Shown: piece by piece, positions 37,676 through 48,516 of the stretch | Layout: the number at the start of each line of letters is the position of its first letter | Position numbering within the stretch: the stretch's first letter is position 1 | NCBI GenBank assembly: GCA_030599585.1 | Contig: JAUVNS010000008.1 | Span: forward strand, 128,001 to 192,000 | Origin: Promethearchaeota archaeon | Lineage (GTDB): Archaea; Asgardarchaeota; Lokiarchaeia; Sigyniarchaeales; SOKP01 | Length of the DNA: 64,000 bases | Direction of reading: 5' to 3' | Program-made: the position numbers and the translations under genes | Notes under the pieces: generated by a model | Databases searched by the model: none | What the model was told of the DNA's origin: nothing | The model's input: the letters and a program-made list of their open reading frames with translations, nothing else

Positions 37676-39151
37676 CTATCGCTTAACATTCAATTTGTCG
37701 TTGATTCCCGCAATGTCTTTTACAATTTTTTTTCTAAATTCAAGATCGTATTGTGATGTGATGGCAATTTGTTCCATTACTGGGGAACCCCCACCATGAT
37801 AACCTCCCATTTGAGATATTCCTCCTGTTGCGGAACAAAGCATATCTCCAACAAATCTCCAGAATTGTGCAGCATTTTCAGGTGCGATCTTTGGATTTCT
37901 CGTAATGTATTTATAAAGATGATCCTTAACTTCTGGATTCAGAAAATCTCTTTCATGAGGGAAAGTAGCTGGTATACCACCTGAGATATCACATATTATT
38001 TCTGCCTCTCGGTATACATTTTCTCCCGTTAAGCATCTTCCTACATTACAATAAATTGAATTTGGAATATAACTCCCCGGTCCATAAGGAACAAAGCCCA
38101 TACCTGGCACGAATACTTCGGGTTTACCTAGATCCGAAGCTGTATATCCCGCAGCGTAGCCTAGTTCCGTAACCATAATTAATTCCGCTAATTTATGTCT
38201 CACATGGGAAGCTCTTTGAATATTATTGTATTCTGCGGCTAAAGCGGCCGTACCTACTATCAAATCTCCAATAGCAGGCTTACACCCTGAATAGCTGTGT
38301 CGATGAAATAAACCAAATAACAAGGCAAGAACACCACCGTGTTGATGTTCCCCACAAAGAAAAACTCTCTCCCAGGGAACAAAAACATTGTCAAAAATTA
38401 TGTAAGAATCCGTAGCCCCTGGCATAAATCCTCTTTTGAAATGTTCTCTTTCTCTTAGGTTGTGAATTGTAACAACTTGTTTTACGCCTTCATAATCACC
38501 AGGGACTGCAAATGCAACGGCATAATCTTTATCTTCTGGTCTTAGCGCTCTTGTAGGAACAACTAGTATTTCATCGGAGACTGAAGCTTCAGAAATGTGA
38601 ACTTTACATCCATTCACAATAATTCCGTCGCTTCTTTTTTCTACCACATGAACATACATATCTGGGTCTTCTTGATCAGCGGGTCGTTTTATTCGATTAC
38701 CTTTAACGTCTGTTTGAGCACACGCAGCAATTAAATCTTCCTTTTGAAACCGTATCATCCATTTTTTAAAGTTTTCGTGGTAATTAGTCTCTCCTTTGTT
38801 TAATTTATCCGCTTCAAAGCTAACATTATATATTGCGTTAGCTGCGTCACAGCCCATACACCGTTGAATGCAACCGCCAACCTTTTGACATAATCTCCGG
38901 GTCATGTCTTGTTTTTTATGAAGATCGTCCGTACTTTGGTGGATGTGTGTAAATCGATTAATTATTTCACCGGTTAGATGAGATTTAACTTTCATTAAAT
39001 CGCCGTATTCCTCAAACATATCGAAGGTTGTCCCGATCGTGTTAATGCAATTCATTTGTCGTTCGTCTAATCTATCAATCTTTTCGCCGTTGTAGTAGAG
39101 ATTGCTTTTCATTTTACTTAAATCGTTCATATATTCTTCTTTTGTTCTCAT
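37676..39151 (-). CDS. abfD: 4-hydroxybutyryl-CoA dehydratase/vinylacetyl-CoA isomerase family
   Basis: CIQRCMGCD, TDVKGNR, HRHSYSGCK ([4Fe-4S] ligands) and HGGGSP. Confidence 0.85.
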   Translation of the reverse strand: MRTKEEYMNDLSKMKSNLYYNGEKIDRLDERQMNCINTIGTTFDMFEEYGDLMKVKSHLTGEIINRFTHIHQSTDDLHKKQDMTRRLCQKVGGCIQRCMGCDAANAIYNVSFEADKLNKGETNYHENFKKWMIRFQKEDLIAACAQTDVKGNRIKRPADQEDPDMYVHVVEKRSDGIIVNGCKVHISEASVSDEILVVPTRALRPEDKDYAVAFAVPGDYEGVKQVVTIHNLREREHFKRGFMPGATDSYIIFDNVFVPWERVFLCGEHQHGGVLALLFGLFHRHSYSGCKPAIGDLIVGTAALAAEYNNIQRASHVRHKLAELIMVTELGYAAGYTASDLGKPEVFVPGMGFVPYGPGSYIPNSIYCNVGRCLTGENVYREAEIICDISGGIPATFPHERDFLNPEVKDHLYKYITRNPKIAPENAAQFWRFVGDMLCSATGGISQMGGYHGGGSPVMEQIAITSQYDLEFRKKIVKDIAGINDKLNVKR

Positions 39152-39257
39152 TTTTATACCTCTTTTTACGCTTTGATAAATTTGTTTATTTGATTAATCA
39201 TTATTACTTTTATCTATAAATAATTAATACCTTTTTTATGAAAAAGATGATGCAATA

Positions 39258-40463
39258 ATGGATATTTATGATGAAATTTTTAAAATGTGTTCTGCGCATG
39301 GTATAACGTTCTATTCTACTTTACCTTGTTCGCATAATTTAAAATTTATACAAAAACTTGAAGGACTTAATGGAGAAATCTTACAAAATGCAGATAAACC
39401 TTTAATTCACATTCCCCTTGTAAGGGAAGAAAGTGGTGTGTCATTGAGCGCCGGAGCTTATCTTGGGGGTAGAAAAACCGCTATGGTAATTCAAAACCAA
39501 GGCTTAGGGAACATGATTACCCTGTTGCTTTCATTAAATAGCCATCTTAATGGTTCATACAGAATTCCTAATTTATTAATAATAAGTCACCGTGGATTAG
39601 CGAACGAAAAAATCAATGCTCAAAAGCCCGTTGGCTCAAAATCAAAAAATATTCTTGATTTAGTTGGATTTAAACATTGTTCTGTTAAATATATATCAGA
39701 TCTTACAAAGTTTCAAGAATTATTAGAAGAATATGATAAAGGTCAAAATATAGCATTATTAGTAGAACCTGATCATTCTAAACCTCTTTATAGAATTGAA
39801 AGTGAGAAAAATATAACAAGGGATTTCAAAGGAAACACAATTCCAATGAATAAAATCCAAACCACTATGACTAGACATAAAGCGATTTCTGAAATAATAT
39901 TTCAAATAGAGGATGAATTTGTAGTTTCTAATTTAGGTCATCCAAGCAGAGAATTACATAGGATAAAAGATAGAAAGAGAAATTTCTATTTGACATCTTG
40001 TTTAGGTCATTCCTATACCTTATCGCTAGGATTAGCGTTAAGTACAGAGGATTTAGATCAGAAGATTATATGTCTTGAAGGTGATGGAGGATTATTGATG
40101 AATGCTGGGTCTTTATCGATCCTAGCTCATAAAAAACCAAAGAATTTAATTGTAATACTTCTGGATAATGGTGTTTTGGGATCCACCGGAAATACTGAAA
40201 CATATGCTTTAAATGACGTGAATTTAAGCGGTGTAGCACAAGCATTTGGATTTCCAAAATCTAATATAAAAATTATATCAAAAGAAGAAAATTTAGCAGA
40301 AAACTTGAGAAAAGCACTAAAAAACGATGGTCCTTTTTTATTTCATGTTATTATTACAGATGAGTATGAAAGCGTTCCTATTCTGCCATTTTCCGTTATA
40401 GAGATTAAGGAGAGATTCATGAAATCAATTGAGGATGCTAGAGTATCTAATGATCAAATATAA
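39258..40463 (+). CDS. Fused ThDP-dependent sulfopyruvate/phosphonopyruvate decarboxylase (ComDE-like)
   Basis: LPCS, REESGVSLSAGAYLGG, QNQGLGN, SNLGHPSREL, NFY and EGDGG...LDNG. Confidence 0.85.
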   Translation: MDIYDEIFKMCSAHGITFYSTLPCSHNLKFIQKLEGLNGEILQNADKPLIHIPLVREESGVSLSAGAYLGGRKTAMVIQNQGLGNMITLLLSLNSHLNGSYRIPNLLIISHRGLANEKINAQKPVGSKSKNILDLVGFKHCSVKYISDLTKFQELLEEYDKGQNIALLVEPDHSKPLYRIESEKNITRDFKGNTIPMNKIQTTMTRHKAISEIIFQIEDEFVVSNLGHPSRELHRIKDRKRNFYLTSCLGHSYTLSLGLALSTEDLDQKIICLEGDGGLLMNAGSLSILAHKKPKNLIVILLDNGVLGSTGNTETYALNDVNLSGVAQAFGFPKSNIKIISKEENLAENLRKALKNDGPFLFHVIITDEYESVPILPFSVIEIKERFMKSIEDARVSNDQI

Positions 40464-40565
40464 AATTGTTGAAGATTTTGAATTAGCAAGACGAAATACG
40501 CTGAATTCATAAATTTTTTTGAGTAGAATTAATTTATGTTATGATATTATTAACATAAATTTATC

Positions 40566-41774
40566 ATGACTGAAGACAGATTGCAAGTTTATTCTTATCG
40601 ATGGATTCTCTTATTCATCTTTATGTTAGGTAATGTATCACTTCAGATTTTGTGGATTTCTTATGCGACTGTAACACTAGAAGCGGCTGTATATTATAGT
40701 GTAGGTGAATTTGAGATTCTTTTTTTATCGACAATTTTCATGATTACCTACATCCCTGTTTCGTTTATCGCGACTTGGTTTATTAATAAGTTTGGTTTTA
40801 AAATGGGTGTAGGATTAGGAGCTATAATTAATGGCGTTTTTGGCTTTTTAAAAGCTTTAGCTGGACCAAATTATCTTCTAGTTTTATTCTTTCAGATCAT
40901 GATTTCTGTAAGCCAACCGTTTTTCTTAAACAGCGTTTCATTACTATCCGCTAATTGGTTTCCGGAGTCGGAACGCACTAAAGCAACCGGTCTTTCAATA
41001 ATTTCTCAGTTTTTAGGTATCGCTCTTGGTATGGTTCTAACACCAATTTTAGTAGTATTGTACAGTTTTGAAGCGATGATACTTATTTATGGGTTATATG
41101 CTTTAATAATTGGTATAGTGTTTGTCATACTAGCTCGAGATAAACCTCCTACACCACCATCAATAAAGGTTCTTAAAAAAGATGATAAAATAAAAGGAGG
41201 ACTAAATCTACTTTTTTCTAATAAGCAGTTCTGGATACTAATTATTATTATCTTCGTAGGTTTTGGAGCATTTAATATGGTAACAACTTATATCGAGCTT
41301 ATTGTTGCTCCCAGAGGATTAACTTCTATCGAAGCTGGAAATCTTGGTGGATTAATGCTTTTAGGAGGTATAATAGGAGCACAAGTGTTGTCAACATTAG
41401 CAGATAAATTACGGAAAAGAGTATTATTAATAAAAATCTCGCTAATAATTACAGTCACTTCTTTTTTTCTATTATCATTTGCTAACACTACCATTATGTT
41501 ATATGTTTCTGGTATATTATTAGGATTCGGATTATTTTCTGTTGGTCCTGTTTTAATAGAATATGCCGTTGATATTACGGCACCCGTTCCGGAAGCAACT
41601 TCAAACGGGTTGCTTATGGTGATAGGTTCTATCAGTGGAATTATATTTATCTTAGGTTTTGAAGGATTTACTACTCCTTCAGGAGATTATTTCCCTGCTT
41701 TGATCGCATTGTCCATCCTTTCCTTAGTTTCATTTCTTCTCTCCTTCTTTCTTAAAGATCTCAAAATAGATTGA
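40566..41774 (+). CDS. MFS transporter (FLVCR/SLC49-like)
   Basis: VYSYRW, SQPFFLN, WFPESERTKATG, PPTPPS and PVPEATS. Confidence 0.88.
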   Translation: MTEDRLQVYSYRWILLFIFMLGNVSLQILWISYATVTLEAAVYYSVGEFEILFLSTIFMITYIPVSFIATWFINKFGFKMGVGLGAIINGVFGFLKALAGPNYLLVLFFQIMISVSQPFFLNSVSLLSANWFPESERTKATGLSIISQFLGIALGMVLTPILVVLYSFEAMILIYGLYALIIGIVFVILARDKPPTPPSIKVLKKDDKIKGGLNLLFSNKQFWILIIIIFVGFGAFNMVTTYIELIVAPRGLTSIEAGNLGGLMLLGGIIGAQVLSTLADKLRKRVLLIKISLIITVTSFFLLSFANTTIMLYVSGILLGFGLFSVGPVLIEYAVDITAPVPEATSNGLLMVIGSISGIIFILGFEGFTTPSGDYFPALIALSILSLVSFLLSFFLKDLKID

Positions 41775-41899
41775 TATCGCATTCTTCATTTTATGCGGTC
41801 CTCTCTAAAGAATTTGTAAGTAAATCTTTATAAACCAATTTCGCATATTTTTACCTTATATCAAGAAAACGATATACGCTTTTTTGGAGGTAATAAAAA

Positions 41900-42100
41900 A
41901 TGAGTTCTTACGGTGAACAAAGAGATAGGGACGATGAGCGCATGCGCAGAGATATATCAGCGATACAAGATGGTATCCAAAGTTCGCACTCATCTGGGAG
42001 GGGTGGATCGGTTAGTAAGAAGAAAAATACAATGATTTGTGTTTCATTCCTCATGATTTTGATAGTCGCAATTGTTGTTGTTGTCCTTATTAATTTATAA
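41900..42100 (+). CDS. Small tail-anchored membrane protein (66 aa)
   Basis: GGAGGT SD; charged N-terminus and a single C-terminal hydrophobic helix. Confidence 0.7.
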   Translation: MSSYGEQRDRDDERMRRDISAIQDGIQSSHSSGRGGSVSKKKNTMICVSFLMILIVAIVVVVLINL

Positions 42101-42258
42101 TTATGTAAAGATCAGAACTTATCATAATACTTTTTTTTTCTTAAAAACATTTTCAAGCGAAATCCTAAGATTATGTCAAAAACTAAAAAACCAATCTAGT
42201 ATTTTTCTATCTAAGTAATTTATTTCTATAACTAAGAATCTAAGGAAGTCAATTTTTC

Positions 42259-43230
42259 ATGAGGAGTTATGATTTAGGAACATTAATAGCTAATTTTAAG
42301 AAAAAGGACAAAATTGCTTTAGCTAGATTAATTACCATTATCGAGAACGAACCTGAACGGGCACACGAGGTTTTTAAGCATTTTGAAGGAATAAAACACG
42401 AATCTTATATAATTGGACTTACTGGATCTCCTGGAGTGGGAAAAAGTACGTTAACGGGTGCCATAGCTCAAAAAATTTTGGATGAAGGAAAATCTGTAGG
42501 TATTATCTCCGTAGATCCAACGAGTCCTTTTAGTGGAGGGGCTTTTTTAGGAGATAGAGTTAGAATGACTAATATATCCTTACACCCTAATGTTTTTATG
42601 CGTAGTCTTGCTTCAAGAGGTTATAAAGGTGGGATATCAAGAGCAGTTTTCGACATCACAATGCTATATGAAGCTTTTGGAATCGATATAATCATTATTG
42701 AAACGGTGGGAGTTGGACAAGCTGAGTTTGATGTCTACAATTTAGTTTACACAGTTGTAGTTATCTTAGTTCCTGGTTACGGTGATGTTATTCAGATGCA
42801 AAAAGCTGGTATTATCGAGATTGGAGATATCTACGATGTAAACAAAAAAGATTTAGGGGGAGAAGATATAGCCGTACAAATTGAAATGATGCTCGACGAT
42901 ACTATATTTCAGAGTGGATACAGACCACCGGTTGTATTAACTGATGCTATTAAAGGTGAAGGTGTAGATGATTTGCTCCAATACATTTGGGAACATAAAG
43001 AACATATTGAGTTATCTGGTACAATTAAAGAAAAGCAAAAAAATCGGTTTAATTATAAGATAAAAGAACTGGTTTTCACCAAAGTAGAAAAATTAATCTC
43101 AGAAGAAGTTCTCAATAAGAATAAAATTAAGGAAATAGTAAATGACGCTTTGAATAATAGCAGCTTTAGAATTTATGACAAAGTCCACAATCTTTTCGAG
43201 AAACTGAAGTTTAAAATTGAAGGAGAATAA
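42259..43230 (+). CDS. meaB: MeaB/ArgK GTPase chaperone of B12 mutases
   Basis: GSPGVGKST, VDPTSPFSGGAFLGDRVRM, ETVGVGQAE and NKKD. Confidence 0.95.
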   Translation: MRSYDLGTLIANFKKKDKIALARLITIIENEPERAHEVFKHFEGIKHESYIIGLTGSPGVGKSTLTGAIAQKILDEGKSVGIISVDPTSPFSGGAFLGDRVRMTNISLHPNVFMRSLASRGYKGGISRAVFDITMLYEAFGIDIIIIETVGVGQAEFDVYNLVYTVVVILVPGYGDVIQMQKAGIIEIGDIYDVNKKDLGGEDIAVQIEMMLDDTIFQSGYRPPVVLTDAIKGEGVDDLLQYIWEHKEHIELSGTIKEKQKNRFNYKIKELVFTKVEKLISEEVLNKNKIKEIVNDALNNSSFRIYDKVHNLFEKLKFKIEGE

Positions 43231-43362
43231 CACATCTTCCTCATTTGGCTCATTTTATTTAGAAAGGTCCCATTGTAACTACCTTATTCTCTCAAGAATT
43301 AAATAACCGTCTTTCAAATTTAGAAGGTAAAACTTATAACACTTTTTATCTAACTCGTGACT

Positions 43363-44283
43363 ATGCTCTATAAAAATAAAAGAATCTCTCTCGAAGGGAA
43401 AATGGATGATTGGGGGCCCTTTGGCAAAGATGAGGGGAAATGGTTGATTTTTTCAATTGGAAACCCTGTAGAAGGTCATGGATATGCGCTACCAAGAAAC
43501 ATTGACGATCTACACTCACAACGAATTGCTCATCTTATCTCGTGCAGAACTGGAGGACGATATGTTGGTCATATACCATGGGCAACAGACAATTTCACTT
43601 CAATCGCCAAGGATTGGGCACCAAAATCAATTCCAGTAAAAGAAATAGTAAAAAATATCATATATTTTATAAAATTCCACACTGAAATTTATAAGAAAAT
43701 GGATTTACCGGTTTCGAGAGTTTTTATTTATTCGGGACATGGAGGAAACAATCCCCTTGTTCATCATGCTAAAAAAATACAAGATGCAATGCACTTAGAG
43801 AAACTAATTATATCTACAACGGAAGGAATCGCTGATGATAATATCGACAGGATAATGATAGAATTAGACAAACTATCTATTGAACTCGCAATTAAGGATG
43901 GAAATCCAAGGCAGATAAAAAGGACTTTACTTAAAATATTATTAAGTGCTGCGCATGCGGGGCATTTTGAACATTCACTTGGAGCAGCTTTAGGAGTTTT
44001 GGACGAAGAAAAGCTTAAAATTATGAATGCTGAATTGGAAAGAGATTTTGAATCTGCTCTTAATAAATGGCCTCCAATTGGAGGCTTAAGTGGTTTTTTA
44101 ATAGCAGGTGGAGAATATACAGAAGCTTTAGGGACAAAGGATAAAGATAAATTTGGATTATGGAATTGTTTGAAGCGACTACGCACACTTGATAATGGTA
44201 AAGTAAAAATTTTTAAAGAATTAGGGGAATTGGTTATAAATTTGTTAGTTGAATATTATTCTGAAATAATTTTGAGTAATTAA
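43363..44283 (+). CDS. Creatininase/ArfB-family amidohydrolase
   Basis: EGHGYALP..DD, GHGGN and HAGHFEHS. Confidence 0.8.
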   Translation: MLYKNKRISLEGKMDDWGPFGKDEGKWLIFSIGNPVEGHGYALPRNIDDLHSQRIAHLISCRTGGRYVGHIPWATDNFTSIAKDWAPKSIPVKEIVKNIIYFIKFHTEIYKKMDLPVSRVFIYSGHGGNNPLVHHAKKIQDAMHLEKLIISTTEGIADDNIDRIMIELDKLSIELAIKDGNPRQIKRTLLKILLSAAHAGHFEHSLGAALGVLDEEKLKIMNAELERDFESALNKWPPIGGLSGFLIAGGEYTEALGTKDKDKFGLWNCLKRLRTLDNGKVKIFKELGELVINLLVEYYSEIILSN

Positions 44284-44453
44284 TTTCTTCTTTTATTGAT
44301 AGGTAGGATCATTTATACTGAATTTTTTTTGAATTCCCTTCATATACCAATAAATCTTTAGATATAACTTTAAATTAAATCTAAACGTAAATTCATTTAC
44401 TAAAAAAATTTAACAATAAGTAACCTACTATAATTTAAAATAAGGTTTTGCAA

Positions 44454-45854
44454 ATGGAAAAAGAAATTGAAACAATTGAAATTAAACACTCTAAAAAGAA
44501 CATGGTTTCATATGGTTTTGGGGCTTATATTAGCGAATTTTTTGGTATGGCCTTCGGAGCGTATGTATTCTTTTATTATGAGACCGTGATTGGATTAGAT
44601 GTCTGGTTAACTAGTATAGGCTTCATCATTTTCGCACTCTGGAACGCAGTGAATGACCCCTTAATTGGTTTTTTAACAGATCGTCCCTTTAAATTTACAA
44701 AAAAATGGGGAAGGCGACTTCCATGGGTTATAATTGGAGGGGTTCCTTGGATACTTAGTTACCTACTGCTATTTACTCCACCAGACGTCGATCCAAATAG
44801 TGGGGCTATCATTTTATTTATTTGGCTCGTGGTTATGACATGTTTGTATGACACATTTGCTTCACTCTTTCAAGTAAATTATTATTCTATTTTTCCAGAT
44901 AAATTTCGAGGAGATAGCGAACGAAGATTAGCTTCTACTTTAAGTACTCAGGTGGCAGCTCTTGGATTAGCCTCAGGATCGCTAATTCCAAGTCTTTTTA
45001 TTGTATTTGGAGAAAGAAGCACATATACCCTACAGGCAGGAGTTGCTGTAATTGTATGTTTACTAGCTCTAGTAGCTGTAATTCCTGGCAGCCGTGAAGA
45101 TCAAGTGCGAATTGATTGTTATCTTGAGAATTGTGAAGAAGAAGTGGAAAGAAGGCCATTTTTGAAAGAATTTAAAGCTATCATAAAACACAAGAACTAT
45201 ATGGCATATGTGATTTCCTTTATGTTTTACACGTGCTTAGTGGCAACAATGGTAGGATCCATTCCATATGTGGCACAATTTGTATTAAATGTGGAAGCTA
45301 AGGATATTATGCTAATAATGGCTGCTCTTCTTATAGGATTGTTTATATCGATGCCCATTTGGAGTAAGATAGCCGATAAAACGAATAACGACAGAAAAAC
45401 AATGTTAATTGCTGCCACATTCTTAACAATTGCTACAATACCGCTTTTCTTTATCAATAATTATTTCATCATGATCTTGGCAATGTTTATCTGGGGAATC
45501 GGTGAAGGTGGCTATTGGGTTATGCTCTCCCCAGTTAGATCGACTGTGATAGATGAAGCTGTGGTTATGTCAGGTAGGAGAACAGAAGGAATCTATCAAG
45601 GCTTTCAAACATTTGTCAGCAGAGTAGCTTTAGTTGCTCAAGCTCTTAGCTTTTCTATAGTCCATACTATTACTGGGTTCGTGGAAACATCCGACACTCA
45701 AACTCCCTCAGCGATATTAGGTGTTCAAATACATTTTGCTTTACTCCCCATGATTTTCATGGTTATCTCAACAATAATCCTCTGGAAATTTTTCAAGTTG
45801 ACACCTGACAAAGTTAAAGAAAATAAAGAGAAACTAAAAGAAATGCGTCTATAA
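44454..45854 (+). CDS. GPH family (MFS_2) sugar/glycoside:cation symporter
   Basis: WNAVNDPLIGFLTDR..WGRRLPW and G.RTEGIY. Confidence 0.92.
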   Translation: MEKEIETIEIKHSKKNMVSYGFGAYISEFFGMAFGAYVFFYYETVIGLDVWLTSIGFIIFALWNAVNDPLIGFLTDRPFKFTKKWGRRLPWVIIGGVPWILSYLLLFTPPDVDPNSGAIILFIWLVVMTCLYDTFASLFQVNYYSIFPDKFRGDSERRLASTLSTQVAALGLASGSLIPSLFIVFGERSTYTLQAGVAVIVCLLALVAVIPGSREDQVRIDCYLENCEEEVERRPFLKEFKAIIKHKNYMAYVISFMFYTCLVATMVGSIPYVAQFVLNVEAKDIMLIMAALLIGLFISMPIWSKIADKTNNDRKTMLIAATFLTIATIPLFFINNYFIMILAMFIWGIGEGGYWVMLSPVRSTVIDEAVVMSGRRTEGIYQGFQTFVSRVALVAQALSFSIVHTITGFVETSDTQTPSAILGVQIHFALLPMIFMVISTIILWKFFKLTPDKVKENKEKLKEMRL

Positions 45855-46004
45855 TTAAACCAATCTAATATATTTTTTTTTTTCACCTTTTTTAATACTT
45901 CAATCTAGTTGTAAAAGACAATCTCCTTGCTTTTTTATGAAAAAAAACGTTTTTATAGTTTAACAACTAAGATCAAATAATTAAAGTAAAAGAAATGAAA
46001 AAAT

Positions 46005-47501
46005 ATGAATAAAACGGTCATTATTGAAACTAAGTCGGGAAAAATACAGGGCTTTAAGGAAAACGGAATAGAAATATTTAAAGGAATTCCTTATGGAGAA
46101 CCTCCAATAGATGATTTACGATTTTCTCCTCCCGTTTTGAAAAAATACTGGGACGATATATTAGAAGCTACTGAATATGGGCACTGTGCGCACCAAGGAC
46201 ACACTCAACTCGAAGATTTTATGGGTAAACTTCAACCCGAAAGTGAAGACTGTTTAAATCTTAATATTTGGACACCTAGTATAGATAATAAGAAGCGCCC
46301 AGTGATGTTCTGGATTCACGGGGGTAGTTTTATTTTTGGAGGTGGGATTGATACCGTGTATGATGGTTCAGCTTTAGCCCGGCGTGGCGATGTTGTGGTA
46401 GTTACAATCAATTATCGATTAGGGGCTTTAGGTTACTTACATCTTCCCGGTGTTACGGCTAATGTCGGGCACCTCGATCAAATCTTAGCGCTTAAATGGG
46501 TTTGCGATAATATTGGACTATTTGGAGGGGATTCAAGTAATGTAACGATTTTTGGTGAATCTGCGGGGGGTTATTCAGTAGTTGCTTTAGCTGCTATGCC
46601 TGCTGCTAAGGGATTGTTTCATCGTATAATTGCACAGAGCGCTCCTGCTATTGATCCAAAGGTAACAAAGAAACCCTCTAAAAAATTAATGCGTATGCTA
46701 GATGTTGAAAAGGGGGATCTTGACGCATTGCGTAAGATATCTCCCGAAAAAATCATAGAAGCGCAGAATAAGCTTATAGCCGAGGATCCTACAAATCTTC
46801 TTGCTTTTCGACCTCTTATAGACGGAGAGACATTACCAATGCATCCTTTAAAAGCTTTTCAAAATGGTGCTTGTAAGGATATTGAATTTATGATTGGCAC
46901 TAATCTGGATGAAGCTAAGTTGTTTACTGCTCTTGATCCTGAAATGAGTAAAATGAATAATGTCGATGGAGAAAAACACCTTATCGGTTTTCTAGGCAGA
47001 TTAGGTATAGATCTTGCTAAAAGTAAAGCGATAATTGATGCATACAAGCAAGCAAGAGAAGGCATTTTTTCTATCGAACCCTTAGAAATTATGAACGCAC
47101 TTCTCACCGATTACATTTTTCGTATTTCTACAATACACTTACTTGAAGCTCAGAGTAAACATCAATCCAACACATATAACTACCTGTTTACTTGACCATC
47201 TCCAGGTTTCAATGGAGAATTAGGTGCTTGTCACGCTCTTGAGATTCCTTTCGTTTTTAACACACTCACTAATCCTGCTTTTAAAGTTTTTATGGGCAAA
47301 AGTCCCGATTTAGATGCTATTAGTCATAGAGTTATGGATGCATGGATTGCCTTTGCTCGTACTGGAAACCCAAACCACGAAGGTATACCTAAGTGGTTGC
47401 CATATGATGTTGAAAAGAGGCCGACTATGTTAATAGATCACGAGTTTAAAGTCGTTGAAAAGTTTCTTGATAAAGAACGAGTTGCTTGGGACGATATTTA
47501 G
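46005..47501 (+). pseudogene. Type-B carboxylesterase/lipase interrupted by an in-frame TGA at 47193-47195
   Basis: FKGIPYG, SEDCLNLNIW, WIHGG and FGESAG. The frame continues YLFT*PSPGFNGELGACHALEIPFVF...MDAWIAFARTGNPN to TAG at 47501. Confidence 0.85.
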
Positions 47502-47528
47502 TAAAACTCAAATTTTTTTTAAATTTTT

Positions 47529-48317
47529 TTAATCTTTTTTAAGCCATTCTTTAAGTGCTGCTTTAACAGAGCGACGCATTTCTACTGAATATTCGGCCCC
47601 TAGTTTACCAAGATAGAGTTGTTGCCCCATATTTTCTGCTCCTTTCACTACGATTTTTCTCTTGTCATCCTTTAACATGTCCTTAAAATCTTTTTCGCTT
47701 AATTTTGAGTATTTATTTGTGAAGAGAATAAATTTTTGAGGAAAGCGTGTTGTGAGGGGGATTTTGTTTTTATCTCCTTTAGGATAACCATAACAGATCA
47801 TTGTTATAGGAAATACCCATTTAGGAAGGTCAAACATCTCACGGTGAATTTCGTAGTTTTCCATAATATCTCCAATATAACATGAGCCAATACCTAAAGC
47901 TTCAGCGGCGACTACGGAATTTTGAGCAGCAATTAAAGCATCACAACAAGCAAGAAGTAAATCAGATTCTTGAGGTGTTTGGAACTCTTTACCTATTTCA
48001 TCACATTTTTCCTTGACTTTACTTACTTCAAAGTAATCCCACCATCGCTGCATGTCAGCTAAAAACAATAAAACTAACGGTGCTTTAGCAATATGAGGTT
48101 GATTATCGCAAGTTTTTACTAATTTATCTTTTAGTTTTTGATCACTAACTTGAATCATCGAATACATCATTAAGTTTCCAGCTGTAGGGGCTCTCATTGC
48201 TCCTTGGATGATAGCGTCTATTTCATCTTGAGAGAGAGTTTTAGGATTGTACGCACGAATCGTTCTTCTATTTTTTATTAAGTCTAATGTGTGATTTTTT
48301 TGACTTTTCTCATCCAT
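47529..48317 (-). CDS. Nitroreductase (NfsA/FRP-like NADPH-flavin oxidoreductase)
   Basis: RRTIRAY, APTAGN, DALIAAQN and GIGSCYIG. Confidence 0.92.
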   Translation of the reverse strand: MDEKSQKNHTLDLIKNRRTIRAYNPKTLSQDEIDAIIQGAMRAPTAGNLMMYSMIQVSDQKLKDKLVKTCDNQPHIAKAPLVLLFLADMQRWWDYFEVSKVKEKCDEIGKEFQTPQESDLLLACCDALIAAQNSVVAAEALGIGSCYIGDIMENYEIHREMFDLPKWVFPITMICYGYPKGDKNKIPLTTRFPQKFILFTNKYSKLSEKDFKDMLKDDKRKIVVKGAENMGQQLYLGKLGAEYSVEMRRSVKAALKEWLKKD

Positions 48318-48516
48318 AGTTAATTTCACATTATTTAATATTTAAAAATTTATTTTTTTTTGTTCAACTGTATCCTCAAACATCTTTAATTCGTAAATCT
48401 AAAAATTAGGTAAAGAAGAATTATAGCTCTCTGATTGTTAGATAACTGTACCTCATTCTTTAAAAAGGGACATAAATATTCTAGATATAAATACTGACAA
48501 TAAAAAGGTGTATTGA

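Noticed and set aside
47193-47195. Selenocysteine or genome-wide UGA=Trp recoding
   Set aside because: The position corresponds to Trp, not Cys. No convincing SECIS was seen downstream. Other genes end at TGA and use TGG for Trp.
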